DNA of 64,000 bases from Clostridia bacterium (GCA_050950825.1 JBMNIH010000004.1:288001-352000), one strand, 5' to 3'; shown: positions 1 to 9,764, numbered from the stretch's first letter. Notes: generated by a model not told the origin, from the letters alone. Numbers and translations are program-made.

Positions 1-155
1 AAATTATCGCAGAAGTGAAAAGAGATTGCGAAATGATCAAAGAGGCAGGAACCAAAGGTTTGAACCTTACGACCGCCGGTTCCATTAACAACGGCAGCTC
101 ATTGGAAAGCATGCGGCTTGTAATGCAGGTTATCCAAAATTACGGAAGATACTAG
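1..155 (+). CDS. 3' end of a probable uroporphyrinogen decarboxylase (UroD/MetE-like) family protein (partial)
   Basis: Frame 3 reads IIAEVKRDCEMIKEAGTKGLNLTTAGSINNGSSLESMRLVMQVIQNYGRY* with TAG at 153-155; resembles the C-terminus of UroD-family TIM barrels. Confidence 0.55.
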   Translation, partial: IIAEVKRDCEMIKEAGTKGLNLTTAGSINNGSSLESMRLVMQVIQNYGRY

Positions 156-188
156 TATGCACGAATGGGGCAAGGAGGCTTAGGGTTT

Positions 189-755
189 ATGATCACCTTT
201 AAAAAGGCGGATTTTGACTGTTTGGAGCTCTATAATCAAATCCCCATGAAAGTTTTGGTTACAAGAATAATCGAAGTAAAAAAGAGTGGAACGGGTCTTG
301 GCGGAATCGCATATGAATTTCATGAAAAGGACGTACGACCGTATATAAAAGACTTTGCAGAAGAAGGAGAGTCCGCCGTAAGATGGAAAAAAGAGTTTGA
401 CATATCGCATTGGGCACTGTTCATGGCGTTTGACACCTTAAAGCCTATCGGCGGGGCCGTCGTAGCGGCAAGAACACCGTCTATTCGGATGTTAGACGGA
501 AGAGACGATATCGCCCTATTATGGGACATCCGTGTTGACGATCATTACAAAAGGCAGGGGATAGGGCACCGGTTGTTTACGATGGCTGTGGATTGGTCGA
601 AAGAGCAGGGGTACCAATATTTAAAGATTGAGTGCCAAAATACAAATCTTCCGGCTTGCAGATTCTATGAAAAGCACGGTGCCGAGCTTATTGTCGTAAA
701 CGAGCATGCCTACGGAAACGGCGAAGTCATGTTTTTATGGTATCTTTCTTTGTGA
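189..755 (+). CDS. GNAT family N-acetyltransferase
   Basis: Acetyl-CoA motif DIRVDDHYKRQGIG and NLPACRFYEKHG; AGGAGG upstream favours the ATG at 189 over 165. Confidence 0.85.
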   Translation: MITFKKADFDCLELYNQIPMKVLVTRIIEVKKSGTGLGGIAYEFHEKDVRPYIKDFAEEGESAVRWKKEFDISHWALFMAFDTLKPIGGAVVAARTPSIRMLDGRDDIALLWDIRVDDHYKRQGIGHRLFTMAVDWSKEQGYQYLKIECQNTNLPACRFYEKHGAELIVVNEHAYGNGEVMFLWYLSL

Positions 756-774
756 TGAAAATAAAAAGAGGGGG

Positions 775-2535
775 CTACCCCTCTTGGTTTTGCTTGAGCT
801 TTTCAATGACCTTGGCATCGGGATTTACATAAAGGGTCTTGTAGTCGGTGTATATGACCATTCCCGGTTTGGCGCCTTTCGGTTTTTTAACGTTTTTTAC
901 CTTCGTATAATCTACCGGAACGTTTCCGGAATGCTTGGCCTTGCTGTGCCAAGCGGCTAACACGGCGGCTTCGTAAACGGTGCTCGAAGGTATTTCTCCG
1001 TAATCTTTTTTGATTATCACGTGAGAGCCCGGTATTTTTTGCGTATGAAGCCAAATATCGTTGGCTTGCGCGGTTTTTAAGGTTAATTGGTCGTTTTGCT
1101 TGTTATTTTTCCCTACATAGATCCTCAACCCGTCGGAAGAAAAAAAGCGGTAGGGCTTGGTTTCCGTTGTTGTTTTGGACTTCTTTTTCGCTTTTGTTTC
1201 TTTGATATATCCGTTCTCGATGAGCTCCCATTGGATTTCGTCGATTACCGCGTCGTCGGTGCTTGCTTCAAGCATTTGTTCTACGCTCTTTAAATATTCC
1301 AGCTCGGATGTTGTTTCTTCCATCTGCTTCAGCGAATATTCGTACTTGGCTTTTTCCTTTTGGTACCTTTTATAATACATCTGCGCGTTGTGAGCGGGAG
1401 ACTTGTTTTCGTCCAAAGGAATTTCCACGTATTGCTCCTCTTCGGCGTAGTAATTAAGCACGCGGGCGGCTTTCATACCGGTTTTCAAAGCATGGATATT
1501 GGCCGTCAGAAGCTCTCCGTACAACCTCCATGTTTCTCTATCGGCGGTGTCGCGGATCTGCTGCTCGTACAAAGCCTGTTTTTTCTCGCAGCGGTCCATG
1601 TTGTTGTGAAGGATTTTTACCAAATGGCTCTTTTTTTGAACCAAACGATTGGATTTGTCCTTGTCGGTAAAAAACTCGTCCAGCATCTCGTTGGCAGAAG
1701 GAAACTCTTTTAACGAAGCCATTTGGGTCAGCAAAAAGCAGTGGAAATCCAAGGGGGAAGGAGGATCGTCGGGCGTATAAGCAATGCAGAAGGCATATTG
1801 TCCTTTTTTAATTTCGTTTTTTATCCTCTCCGCCTCCTCGGCCAAACGAGCTTTCTCCAACGGGGTGCATGCGGAAAAGGGCTTTTTGGGATCGATATTT
1901 CCCCGATAACACACTTCCCTTGAAAGAAGGGGACTAAACCCTTTAATGTATTCCAAAAGGGTCTTTTCGCATGAGAGTTTTCCCTGTTGTTCGGTAAAGG
2001 CTCCGGGATCAAAATCATCGATTAATGTTTTGTTTTGCTGAGGGGGCATCCGGTAAGGACGTGCCGGCATGATTTCCCGAACCCGGTTCACCTCTTCGTC
2101 TACGTGTTTGATGGCATCCAATATGACGTCGTCTTTATTCGTCAATATGATGTTGCTCCATTTTCCCATAATTTCCGCAACCAGCTTTTTCACGACGGTA
2201 TCGCCCATCTCGTCCATGGTTTGTATATGAAGAACAACGATTCTTTCGTAATCGAAGCATGTGACCTCCATTATTCTTCCGCCGATCAGGTGTTTTCTTA
2301 AAAGCATGCAAAACGAAGGAGCGGTTTCGGGGTTCTTCTTGCTTTGTGTCGTCAGGTGGATACGGGGATAAGTGGAGTTGGCACTGATCACCAAGCGTAC
2401 TCTATCCTTTTGCGTTCGCAATTGCATGGTGACTTCATCTTTTTCCGGCTGGTAGACCCGTTCGATTACGGCTCCTTTTAATATGTGATCCAATTCCTTG
2501 GCTATACAATTCGTAAATATTCCGTCAAAGGGCAT
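775..2535 (-). CDS. rqcH: Ribosome quality control protein RqcH/FbpA (NFACT family)
   Basis: MPFDG start, FCMLLRKHL, DYERIV, EIMGKWSNIIL, C-terminal NFACT-R VGKNNKQND..WLHTQKIPGSHV; 586 aa. Confidence 0.93.
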   Translation of the reverse strand: MPFDGIFTNCIAKELDHILKGAVIERVYQPEKDEVTMQLRTQKDRVRLVISANSTYPRIHLTTQSKKNPETAPSFCMLLRKHLIGGRIMEVTCFDYERIVVLHIQTMDEMGDTVVKKLVAEIMGKWSNIILTNKDDVILDAIKHVDEEVNRVREIMPARPYRMPPQQNKTLIDDFDPGAFTEQQGKLSCEKTLLEYIKGFSPLLSREVCYRGNIDPKKPFSACTPLEKARLAEEAERIKNEIKKGQYAFCIAYTPDDPPSPLDFHCFLLTQMASLKEFPSANEMLDEFFTDKDKSNRLVQKKSHLVKILHNNMDRCEKKQALYEQQIRDTADRETWRLYGELLTANIHALKTGMKAARVLNYYAEEEQYVEIPLDENKSPAHNAQMYYKRYQKEKAKYEYSLKQMEETTSELEYLKSVEQMLEASTDDAVIDEIQWELIENGYIKETKAKKKSKTTTETKPYRFFSSDGLRIYVGKNNKQNDQLTLKTAQANDIWLHTQKIPGSHVIIKKDYGEIPSSTVYEAAVLAAWHSKAKHSGNVPVDYTKVKNVKKPKGAKPGMVIYTDYKTLYVNPDAKVIEKLKQNQEG

Positions 2536-2648
2536 ATTTGATCTCCTTTTTGTATTGTATCCTGAAAACAGGTTTATTCTATCATTATACCGGACGAGGG
2601 GTGCTTTTGTGATATAATTGAATTGACCGTTTTCGGGATGGAGGCATC

Positions 2649-3773
2649 ATGTTCATATTATTAACACCGATCGTTGTACTTATAGTATTGCCTTGGCTTT
2701 TTTGGCAAACCGTAAAAGCCGTTAATCGATATATATTCAACCGTTTGGAATACTCCTGCAGGTTTGTTGTGAATAAAGCTCATGAGGGAGACGTAATCTA
2801 CTTAATCGAAGAGATTCACAATAACTGTTTTTTGCCTGCAAAAAGGCTGATGACCTCGATCCATGCATCCCGCTGGCTGGAATTCGCCACCACACAATCC
2901 ACCTTGGTCGGATTGACGCGCGTGGTCACAAGTGAATTTTCCTTGAAGGCTTATGAAAGAATACGAAGGACTTGGTATTTGCGCTGCGCGAAAAGGGGCG
3001 TCTACGAAATCAAGAACAACACATTGACTTTGGCAAGTATTTTCGGGCTGTCGGTACAGTCGGCAGCCATTCCGGTGAATACGAAGCTGATCGTATACCC
3101 CGAGATTGTGGATTTGCGCTATTTAATCTTATCCGGGAACGATTTTTTCGGTGATACGGTGGTACGAAGATGGATTTTGGACGACCCCTTCATAACGGCG
3201 GGAGCAAGGGAATACCTTCCCGGAGATCCCATGAACCGTATTCATTGGGCGGCCACGGCAAGACAAAACACCGTCATGGTCCGGAAGAACGACTATACGG
3301 CAAAGCTGGACATTTTGGTTCTATTAAATATCCAGTCGAGAGACAACGAGTACGAGGATGTCATCGACAAAGACCTGATTGAGTACGGTATAAAAGTGGC
3401 GGCTACGGTGTTCGACTTGGCTTTAAAAAACGGAGCAAGGATTCAATTCGGATGCAATGCAGGGACGGAGGAGGACCGAACCAAAACCGTTTTAACGGAA
3501 AGCGATGCGTCGAGCAACCACATTCAGCATTTATTAACGATTTTATCCGGGCTGGTGCTGAAAAATGTCCGCTATTTCGAAGAGTTTTTAAAAAATGCGA
3601 CGGAGAACAAAAGGGACGCGGAGATCCTTATCCTCACATCCTATATGAATCTCGAAATGACGGACATAGTTCGGGACTTGATAAGGGCACGAAACAGGGT
3701 GAAAATTCTGATGCTGGACCCGTATGCAAGGGCCTTCGCCATGCCGGTAGGAGCGGATTTGTATTATGTTTAG
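2649..3773 (+). CDS. DUF58 domain (VWA-related) protein
   Basis: N-terminal TM helix, KRGVY, REYLPGDPMNRIHWAATAR motif. Confidence 0.88.
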   Translation: MFILLTPIVVLIVLPWLFWQTVKAVNRYIFNRLEYSCRFVVNKAHEGDVIYLIEEIHNNCFLPAKRLMTSIHASRWLEFATTQSTLVGLTRVVTSEFSLKAYERIRRTWYLRCAKRGVYEIKNNTLTLASIFGLSVQSAAIPVNTKLIVYPEIVDLRYLILSGNDFFGDTVVRRWILDDPFITAGAREYLPGDPMNRIHWAATARQNTVMVRKNDYTAKLDILVLLNIQSRDNEYEDVIDKDLIEYGIKVAATVFDLALKNGARIQFGCNAGTEEDRTKTVLTESDASSNHIQHLLTILSGLVLKNVRYFEEFLKNATENKRDAEILILTSYMNLEMTDIVRDLIRARNRVKILMLDPYARAFAMPVGADLYYV

Positions 3774-4959
3774 AGAGCATTTTAAAGATTATCGATTCGC
3801 ATTTTTGCGAGGGCTGTTAACGATCTATCCCTTTATTCTCCTCATTGATGCACGGATTGCCAAACGCAATACATGGTATCCGGAATTCTTGATGTTTTTA
3901 TTCTGCTCTTTATTCGCATTTGTTGCAGGCATTGCTTATGAAGGATACTATTACAACCGCCAAAAACAAAAAGAATACCCGACGCTAAGAAAATTTCGTC
4001 AAACGGCCGCCTTAGGTGCCGTGATTTTTGCCGTTTTGCTGTACGGAATTTTATTGAAGATAGAGGAGCTGCCTCGTGTCACGTACGCCTTGTCTCGAGG
4101 GATGGTAGCGTATCTTTTTATGGGCATCGCTTTTTTTGCACGGGATGCAAAAAAAGAAAAAAAGACGGACTTTCTGCTTGCGGTTCCCTCTTTGATCATA
4201 ACGATTCTGTTGTACTTCATATTTCCGGGAACTCGAAGGATATACGGGAACTTGGCAATGCTTACCCTTGTTTTTCATGGAATCCTGTATACGGTTTGTC
4301 ATACAAGGGTACCTGACCGTATCCGAGAATCCTATAAAAGATTTCAATCGAAGCATCGCATCGGCGCTTTGCTTAAAAAGTGGTCGGCATTTTTTAATAA
4401 AGCGTGGCAATATGCGGTCGAATTATTCAAAAGTATAGGGAAAGCTTTAAAAAGCATTACGGTCAATTTTACCTTGTTTAAAGGGATGAAGCGGTTGATT
4501 GTCGGAATCTATCGATTCTTTCGTAAAGATAAGGGAACCAAGATCTCCAAACACAGCGACTATATTGACGAAATCGACACCTTGTTCGGAGAAGACCGTA
4601 TGAACAACGAGATTCGCTATACCGTGCGAGGCTTGATGAAAATAAAGGATCCGGTAAAAAAGGTTCGGTATGCCTTCGGATTGGTGATGTGGAACCTAAA
4701 AGAAAAAAAGGTAGGAATAAAGTACTACGATACGGTACCTGTCATTGAAGAAAAATCAAAAGTCATCGAGAACCTGGACCCGTATATGAAGCCTCTATGC
4801 GAGCTTTACCAGGATGTTCGGTACGGTGATCGCAAGGTCAATGCCCTTTCTTCGGAACAAGCCGCGGATTTGGCGATTTCCGCCGATGAAACCATCAAAG
4901 CAAGCTATTATCAGCCGAAGACGTATGCGAATTCGGATTTTGACTTTCGAAGGGAGTGA
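3766..4959 (+). CDS. Membrane protein with probable C-terminal DUF4129-like domain
   Basis: About 6 hydrophobic segments then a soluble region ending in LCELYQDVRYG; overlaps the DUF58 stop. Confidence 0.65.
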   Translation: MFREHFKDYRFAFLRGLLTIYPFILLIDARIAKRNTWYPEFLMFLFCSLFAFVAGIAYEGYYYNRQKQKEYPTLRKFRQTAALGAVIFAVLLYGILLKIEELPRVTYALSRGMVAYLFMGIAFFARDAKKEKKTDFLLAVPSLIITILLYFIFPGTRRIYGNLAMLTLVFHGILYTVCHTRVPDRIRESYKRFQSKHRIGALLKKWSAFFNKAWQYAVELFKSIGKALKSITVNFTLFKGMKRLIVGIYRFFRKDKGTKISKHSDYIDEIDTLFGEDRMNNEIRYTVRGLMKIKDPVKKVRYAFGLVMWNLKEKKVGIKYYDTVPVIEEKSKVIENLDPYMKPLCELYQDVRYGDRKVNALSSEQAADLAISADETIKASYYQPKTYANSDFDFRRE

Positions 4960-4965
4960 TGAACG

Positions 4966-5253
4966 TTGGTTTGTACGGTAGGTACGGTTACCATCCATAT
5001 ACCTTATGCCGGTTCATTGAAAGAAAAAAGGCGTGTAATAAAATCCGTAATCAGCCGGACCATCAACAAATTTTCGGTTTCCTGTATTGAAGCCGACTAC
5101 CATGACTTATGGCAAAAAGGAATGATCGGTATCGGATTCGTCGCTTCGGATTATAACCAAGCGGATAAAATCGAAAGCTCGATTCGTTCCTTTTATGAAG
5201 CAAACGAGGATTTTGAAATTATCGACATGAATTTTGAGAAATTTTCCGTGTAG
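4966..5253 (+). CDS. DUF503 (YlxP-like) protein
   Basis: SLKEKRRVIKS..KFSVS..E.DYHDLWQ motif; GGGAG RBS before the TTG start. Confidence 0.88.
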   Translation: MVCTVGTVTIHIPYAGSLKEKRRVIKSVISRTINKFSVSCIEADYHDLWQKGMIGIGFVASDYNQADKIESSIRSFYEANEDFEIIDMNFEKFSV

Positions 5254-5303
5254 GAGCCGTATCGTAAGGATAAAAATACGAATGCATCATTCCATCAAAG
5301 GAG

Positions 5304-6206
5304 TTGTTAAAAATGGTTGCTTCCTTTTCCTCCATTGTAAAGAGTGAAATTTCCGCCCTGGAGCTTGAGGATTCTTGCTGCACCCTTTCCGAAGCGGCGG
5401 GGGCCATTCGTACCGCCGGGCGCATCCGTCCCGACGGTTCCGTGGAATTTTTAACCGAAAATTCCGCCGTAGCCCGCCGATTGTTCAAATTGTTGAAGGA
5501 GCTTTATAAAGAGATTGTAGAAGTCAGCTATATGAACAGCTACAAGTTCAAAAAGCATACGAACTATATCTTGACCATCCCGCCGGACGTGACAAAGGTA
5601 TTGAATAAAGATATGGAAGGATTGGTCTTTGACAGCGAGCATTTTTGCTGCTGCCGCGCTTTCCTTCGAGGAGTGTTTATCGCTTCCGGTTCGGTCAGCG
5701 ATCCGAAAAAATCCTATCATTTGGAATTGGCGGTCCGAAACGAAGAAGCCGTAGAGCTTATCCGGAAGTGCTTTGAGCTGTTCCGATTGGAATTCAGTAT
5801 GATTCAAAGGAAAAACCTCCATGTAGTCTACATTAAAGAAGCGGAGCAGATCGTGGACTTTTTGAACGTAATCGGCGCCCATCGAGCCTTATTAAGCTAT
5901 GAAGACATACGCGTATTAAAAAGCGTAAGAAACGATATCAACCGATTGGTCAACTGCGAAACGGCGAATTTGGATAAAACGGTGGAAGCCGCCGTAAAAC
6001 ATATTCAATACATTGAACAATTGGAGGAATGCGGCCTTCTCGAAACGTTACCCGAACCTTTAAAAGAAACGGCTTTGCTGCGATTGCAGCACCCGGATGC
6101 CTCTTTAAAGGAGCTGGGGGAGATGTCGACGCCTCCCGTGGGGAAATCCGGAATCAACCATCGGTTGAAAAAACTCCAAAGAATTGCGGAGAGCTTGGGG
6201 AAATAA
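5304..6206 (+). CDS. whiA: DNA-binding protein WhiA
   Basis: TENSAVARR, RAFLRGVFIASGSVSDP..YHLE, NRLVNCETANLDKT, SLKELG..KSGINHRL. Confidence 0.95.
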   Translation: MLKMVASFSSIVKSEISALELEDSCCTLSEAAGAIRTAGRIRPDGSVEFLTENSAVARRLFKLLKELYKEIVEVSYMNSYKFKKHTNYILTIPPDVTKVLNKDMEGLVFDSEHFCCCRAFLRGVFIASGSVSDPKKSYHLELAVRNEEAVELIRKCFELFRLEFSMIQRKNLHVVYIKEAEQIVDFLNVIGAHRALLSYEDIRVLKSVRNDINRLVNCETANLDKTVEAAVKHIQYIEQLEECGLLETLPEPLKETALLRLQHPDASLKELGEMSTPPVGKSGINHRLKKLQRIAESLGK

Positions 6207-6218
6207 CCGTCGGCAATA

Positions 6219-6245
6219 GAAGGATATGCAAAAACCCGATAGAAT
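6219..6245 (+). promoter_or_regulatory. sigma-H promoter of the spoIIA operon
   Basis: GAAGGATAT-11 nt-ATAGAAT matches the sigma-H consensus RNAGGAWWW-N11/12-RNNGAAT; spoIIA is sigma-H dependent in Firmicutes. Confidence 0.75.
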
Positions 6246-6292
6246 ATACAGGTGATGACGTTTAGGATCAATTCGAACGGGAGGTTTCAAAC

Positions 6293-6646
6293 TTGAGCAA
6301 AAGCATTAGGCGGTATAAAGAGCATTTGATTGTCAAATTTCCGAAGGAAGCGGACCATCACCACTTGTCCTCTTTCAGCGACAAGATCCGTATGGAAATC
6401 CTAAAAAGAGGCGTTAAAAATATAATTTTTGATTTCAGCGACGTAACGTTTATAGACAGCTCGGCCGTGGGCTTGATCCTGTCAAAAAGCAAAACCGTCG
6501 AATCCTTAGGGGGAAAAGCAGGGCTGTGCTGTGCAAAAGGACACGTACTGAAGGTATTAAATGCTTGTACGGCTGTAGGGCTCAGCAAAATGTTTGACAA
6601 CGTGGAAGAAGCCATCAGCTGCTTTGAGAAAAAACAAGAAGCTTAA
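6293..6646 (+). CDS. spoIIAA: Anti-sigma F factor antagonist (STAS domain)
   Basis: EADHH, FDFSDVTFIDSSAVG phospho-Ser motif; GGAGG RBS, TTG start; upstream of spoIIAB. Confidence 0.9.
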   Translation: MSKSIRRYKEHLIVKFPKEADHHHLSSFSDKIRMEILKRGVKNIIFDFSDVTFIDSSAVGLILSKSKTVESLGGKAGLCCAKGHVLKVLNACTAVGLSKMFDNVEEAISCFEKKQEA

Positions 6647-6673
6647 TGTTCAATGTACGAAGGGAGTATAACC

Positions 6674-7096
6674 ATGGAATTCTATAACGAAATGACCGTT
6701 TCTTTTAAATCCTTATCCATAAACGAATCCTTTGCACGAGTAGTCGTTGCATCTTTTGTAACATCCTTGGATCCTACCTTGGAAGATCTGGCGGATATCA
6801 AAACCGCCGTATCCGAAGCCGTTACCAATGCCATCATACACGGCTATGAAGGAAAAGACGGCATCATCACGATTCACTGTACCATAACGGGAAAAACGGT
6901 AACCATAAAGATCATTGATAAAGGCGTAGGCATTGAAGATATCGAAAAGGCTCGGCAGCCTTTTTATACCTCCAAACCGGAAATGGAACGATCGGGAATG
7001 GGATTCACCGTCATGGAAACCTTCATGGACCGTATGGAAGTGGAATCCCGCCCGGGAGAAGGCACTACGGTTACCTTGATAAAAACCATCGAATAA
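6674..7096 (+). CDS. spoIIAB: Anti-sigma F factor kinase
   Basis: NESFARVVVA..LDPT, SEAVTNAIIHGY, ERSGMGFTVME; GGGAG RBS before the ATG at 6674. Confidence 0.96.
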   Translation: MEFYNEMTVSFKSLSINESFARVVVASFVTSLDPTLEDLADIKTAVSEAVTNAIIHGYEGKDGIITIHCTITGKTVTIKIIDKGVGIEDIEKARQPFYTSKPEMERSGMGFTVMETFMDRMEVESRPGEGTTVTLIKTIE

Positions 7097-7157
7097 GTCC
7101 GTTGTTCTTGCCTTTTGTTTCCTTTCTTTAAATACCGGGAAATTTTACATGGAGTAT

Positions 7158-7187
7158 GTATATTTCCCCTCGAAGAAGGAAAAAATA
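7158..7187 (+). promoter_or_regulatory. Putative sigma-F promoter directly upstream of sigF
   Basis: GTATA-15 nt-GGAAAAAATA fits the consensus GYATA-N15-GGNNANNHTA. Confidence 0.55.
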
Positions 7188-7224
7188 AGCATTAGAAGCA
7201 AATAGTGTTTGGAGAGGTATACAT

Positions 7225-7977
7225 ATGAAACAATCGGATGTTTGTCAATCTCAGAAGGATCAAAAAAATGTAGCACTCATCATACAAGCACAAAAAGGGG
7301 ATGAATCGGCAAAGGATGCCTTGTTTGATTTGAATGCAGGGTTAATTTGGAGTGTGGTAAGAAAGTTCGCGAACAGAGGCTACGAATTGGAGGATCTTTT
7401 TCAGATTGGCTGTATCGGGTTTTTAAAGGCAATCGAAAAGTTTGATACCGGATACGACGTGTGTTTTTCCACCTATGCGGTTCCTATGATTATGGGCGAA
7501 ATCCGAAGGTTTCTAAGAGACGACGGCATCATACGAGTTAGCCGGTCCATGAAGGAAGCCTATTCGAAAATTCGAGCGGCAAGAGAGATCCTGCTGAAGC
7601 AAAACGGGGAGGAGCCCACGATTGCCGAAATTGCAAGCTTTACCGGACTGTCGGACGAGGAAATCGTCACGGCTATGGAAGCCAACGCGTCTCCCGAATC
7701 CTTGTATGCCGACAACAACGAGCAGGATAAATCCGATGGCCGGCAGCTGATCGACAAGCTGGGCAACGACGAGCCGGAGGAGGAGAAGCTGTTAAACAAC
7801 ATCGTCCTTCGAGAGGTATTAAAAACGTTAAACAAAAGAGATAAGAAGATCATCGATTTACGATATTTTGAACATAAAACCCAAGTGGAAACGGCGCAAA
7901 TATTAGGGATATCCCAAGTTCAAATTTCCAGGCTGGAAAAGAGAATTTTAAGTGAATTAAAAGGAAGAATCGGCTGA
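7225..7977 (+). CDS. sigF: RNA polymerase sporulation sigma factor F
   Basis: LIWSVVRKFANRGYE.EDLFQIGCIG, FSTYAVPMIMGEIRRFLRDDG, LGISQVQISRLEK; follows spoIIAA-AB. Confidence 0.95.
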   Translation: MKQSDVCQSQKDQKNVALIIQAQKGDESAKDALFDLNAGLIWSVVRKFANRGYELEDLFQIGCIGFLKAIEKFDTGYDVCFSTYAVPMIMGEIRRFLRDDGIIRVSRSMKEAYSKIRAAREILLKQNGEEPTIAEIASFTGLSDEEIVTAMEANASPESLYADNNEQDKSDGRQLIDKLGNDEPEEEKLLNNIVLREVLKTLNKRDKKIIDLRYFEHKTQVETAQILGISQVQISRLEKRILSELKGRIG

Positions 7978-8010
7978 TCGAATTGGAAAGTTTATATAAA
8001 GGGCGGATAC

Positions 8011-8030
8011 AAGCGGGAAACCGCTTTTTC
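8011..8030 (+). terminator. Intrinsic terminator after sigF
   Basis: AAGCGG-GAAA-CCGCTT followed by a T run. Confidence 0.65.
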
Positions 8031-8042
8031 TTGTTTTGTCGC

Positions 8043-8072
8043 GAATATTTTTTACGAATTGTATTCATAATA
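8043..8072 (+). promoter_or_regulatory. sigma-G promoter of the spoVA operon
   Basis: GAATA-18 nt-CATAATA matches GHATR-N18-CATNNTA; spoVA is a known sigma-G target. Confidence 0.75.
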
Positions 8073-8114
8073 AAAGAAGAAAAGATACGCTCTTTCCAAC
8101 AAGGAAGAATCGAG

Positions 8115-8294
8115 GTGTTTGCTATCACGGATCGTTTATTTAAACTGAAGATTGCGCTTTTGATTTTGCTAATCGCCCTCATATTCGTTTGCATTAGCTT
8201 AATACTTTTGTCCGGAAATAGAAGCCGTTATTACGAATACGGTGTATACGTATATCATAATCAAATAGAGGTAAGTTATGCAGAAGCTATATAG
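8115..8294 (+). CDS. Small single-TM protein preceding spoVAC
   Basis: GTG start downstream of the sigma-G promoter; hydrophobic stretch IALLILLIALIFVCISLILL; overlaps the spoVAC start. The longer 7983 start lies upstream of the terminator and promoter. Confidence 0.55.
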   Translation: MFAITDRLFKLKIALLILLIALIFVCISLILLSGNRSRYYEYGVYVYHNQIEVSYAEAI

Positions 8295-8721
8295 TGCAAA
8301 GGATTATCAAAAATACGTGGATAAAAAATCCCCGAATTCCAAGCTGGGCTTGAACATGTTAAAGGCTTTCTTAACCGGAGGTCTTATTTGTATGTTAGGA
8401 CAGCTTTTGATGAACTACTTTCAATCCCGCAATCTTGACCAAATGGATTATGCCACATTAACGGCTATGTGCCTTATTTTGCTGAGCGTTATTCTTACCG
8501 CCTTGGATATATATATTTATATAGGAAAGTTCGGCGGTGCGGGAGCCAGCATCCCCATCACCGGGTTCGCAAACGCCATCGTTTCGCCGGCCATGGAATT
8601 CAAAACGGAAGGATATGTATTGGGTGTGGGAGCGAAAATGTTTTTAATTGCAGGTCCGGTATTGGTCTACGGAATATCGTCATCCGTCATACTGGGCATC
8701 CTCTATTATATCTTAAAGTAG
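8278..8721 (+). CDS. spoVAC: Stage V sporulation protein AC
   Basis: AFLTGGLIC, GAGASIPITGFANA, EG.VLGVGAKMF.IAGPV. Confidence 0.95.
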   Translation: MQKLYSAKDYQKYVDKKSPNSKLGLNMLKAFLTGGLICMLGQLLMNYFQSRNLDQMDYATLTAMCLILLSVILTALDIYIYIGKFGGAGASIPITGFANAIVSPAMEFKTEGYVLGVGAKMFLIAGPVLVYGISSSVILGILYYILK

Positions 8722-8733
8722 GGAAGTAGAACT

Positions 8734-9735
8734 ATGCGATTGGGAAAACAAACGGTTACATTCGAAAAAATGCCGTATATCACGGCAACGGCGGCCATTG
8801 TCGGCCCCTACGAAGGAGAAGGGCCTTTGAAGGACGGCTTTGACCGAATCATTGAAAACGACGATAACGGTGAAAAAAGCTGGGAGAAGGCCGAAACGAA
8901 ATTGATGCAGGACACGTACCATCTGCTGCTGCAGAAGGGCAATACGACGGAGAAAAACATCCACTACGTTCTTGCGGGAGATTTGTTGAATCAAAATATC
9001 GCATCAAGCTACGCTTTTCGAGATCGTGAATGCTCCTATTTAGGAATCTACGGTGCTTGCTCCACCTTCGGAGAAGCCGTAGGTATCGCTTCCATGATAA
9101 TGGCGGGAGGCTTTGCGGAGCAAATCATTTGTATCACATCCAGCCATTATTGCTCCGCCGAAAGGCAGTATCGATACCCCTTGGAATTTGCCACCCAAAG
9201 ACCGCCTACGTCCCAATGGACGGTAACCGGCAGCGGAGGGCTCTTGCTTCAAAAGGACGGAACCGGTCCCGTGGTGGAGATGTTTACCGCCGGCAAGATC
9301 GTGGACCAAGGTATAAAAGACGCCAACAACATGGGAGCGGCCATGGCTCCCGCCGCAGCGGATACCATCGCTACCCATTTTGTAGAAACCGGGAGAAAAC
9401 CGGAGGATTACGATTTAATCGTTACGGGTGATTTGGGAGCGGTGGGAACCGATATCTGCCGAGAGCTGCTGAAGCAATACGGCTTTGATGTGTTCGAAAG
9501 GCACGAAGACTGCGGCTTGCTGATGTACGATCGATCGAAGCAGGATGCACACAGCGGGGCAAGCGGCTGCGGATGCTGTGCAACGGTATTTTCGGCGTAT
9601 TTTTATCCGAAGCTTCGAAACGGAGAGCTGACCCGTATTTTATTTGTGCCTACCGGAGCTCTTTTAAGCCCCACCATTGTTCAGCAAGGAGAATCCATTG
9701 CGTGTATCGCCCATGCCGTGGCGATCGCCGGTTAA
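8734..9735 (+). CDS. spoVAD: Stage V sporulation protein AD (DPA-binding)
   Basis: EGEGPL, SWEKAE, AGDLLNQ, GACST, SAERQYRYPLE, NNMGAAMAPAA. Confidence 0.96.
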   Translation: MRLGKQTVTFEKMPYITATAAIVGPYEGEGPLKDGFDRIIENDDNGEKSWEKAETKLMQDTYHLLLQKGNTTEKNIHYVLAGDLLNQNIASSYAFRDRECSYLGIYGACSTFGEAVGIASMIMAGGFAEQIICITSSHYCSAERQYRYPLEFATQRPPTSQWTVTGSGGLLLQKDGTGPVVEMFTAGKIVDQGIKDANNMGAAMAPAAADTIATHFVETGRKPEDYDLIVTGDLGAVGTDICRELLKQYGFDVFERHEDCGLLMYDRSKQDAHSGASGCGCCATVFSAYFYPKLRNGELTRILFVPTGALLSPTIVQQGESIACIAHAVAIAG

Positions 9736-9764
9736 CAACCGACGCCGAAAGGAGAAATCGACTG

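Noticed and set aside
9573-9764. Extended start of spoVAE
   Set aside because: Overlaps spoVAD; the RBS and family alignment point to 9765.
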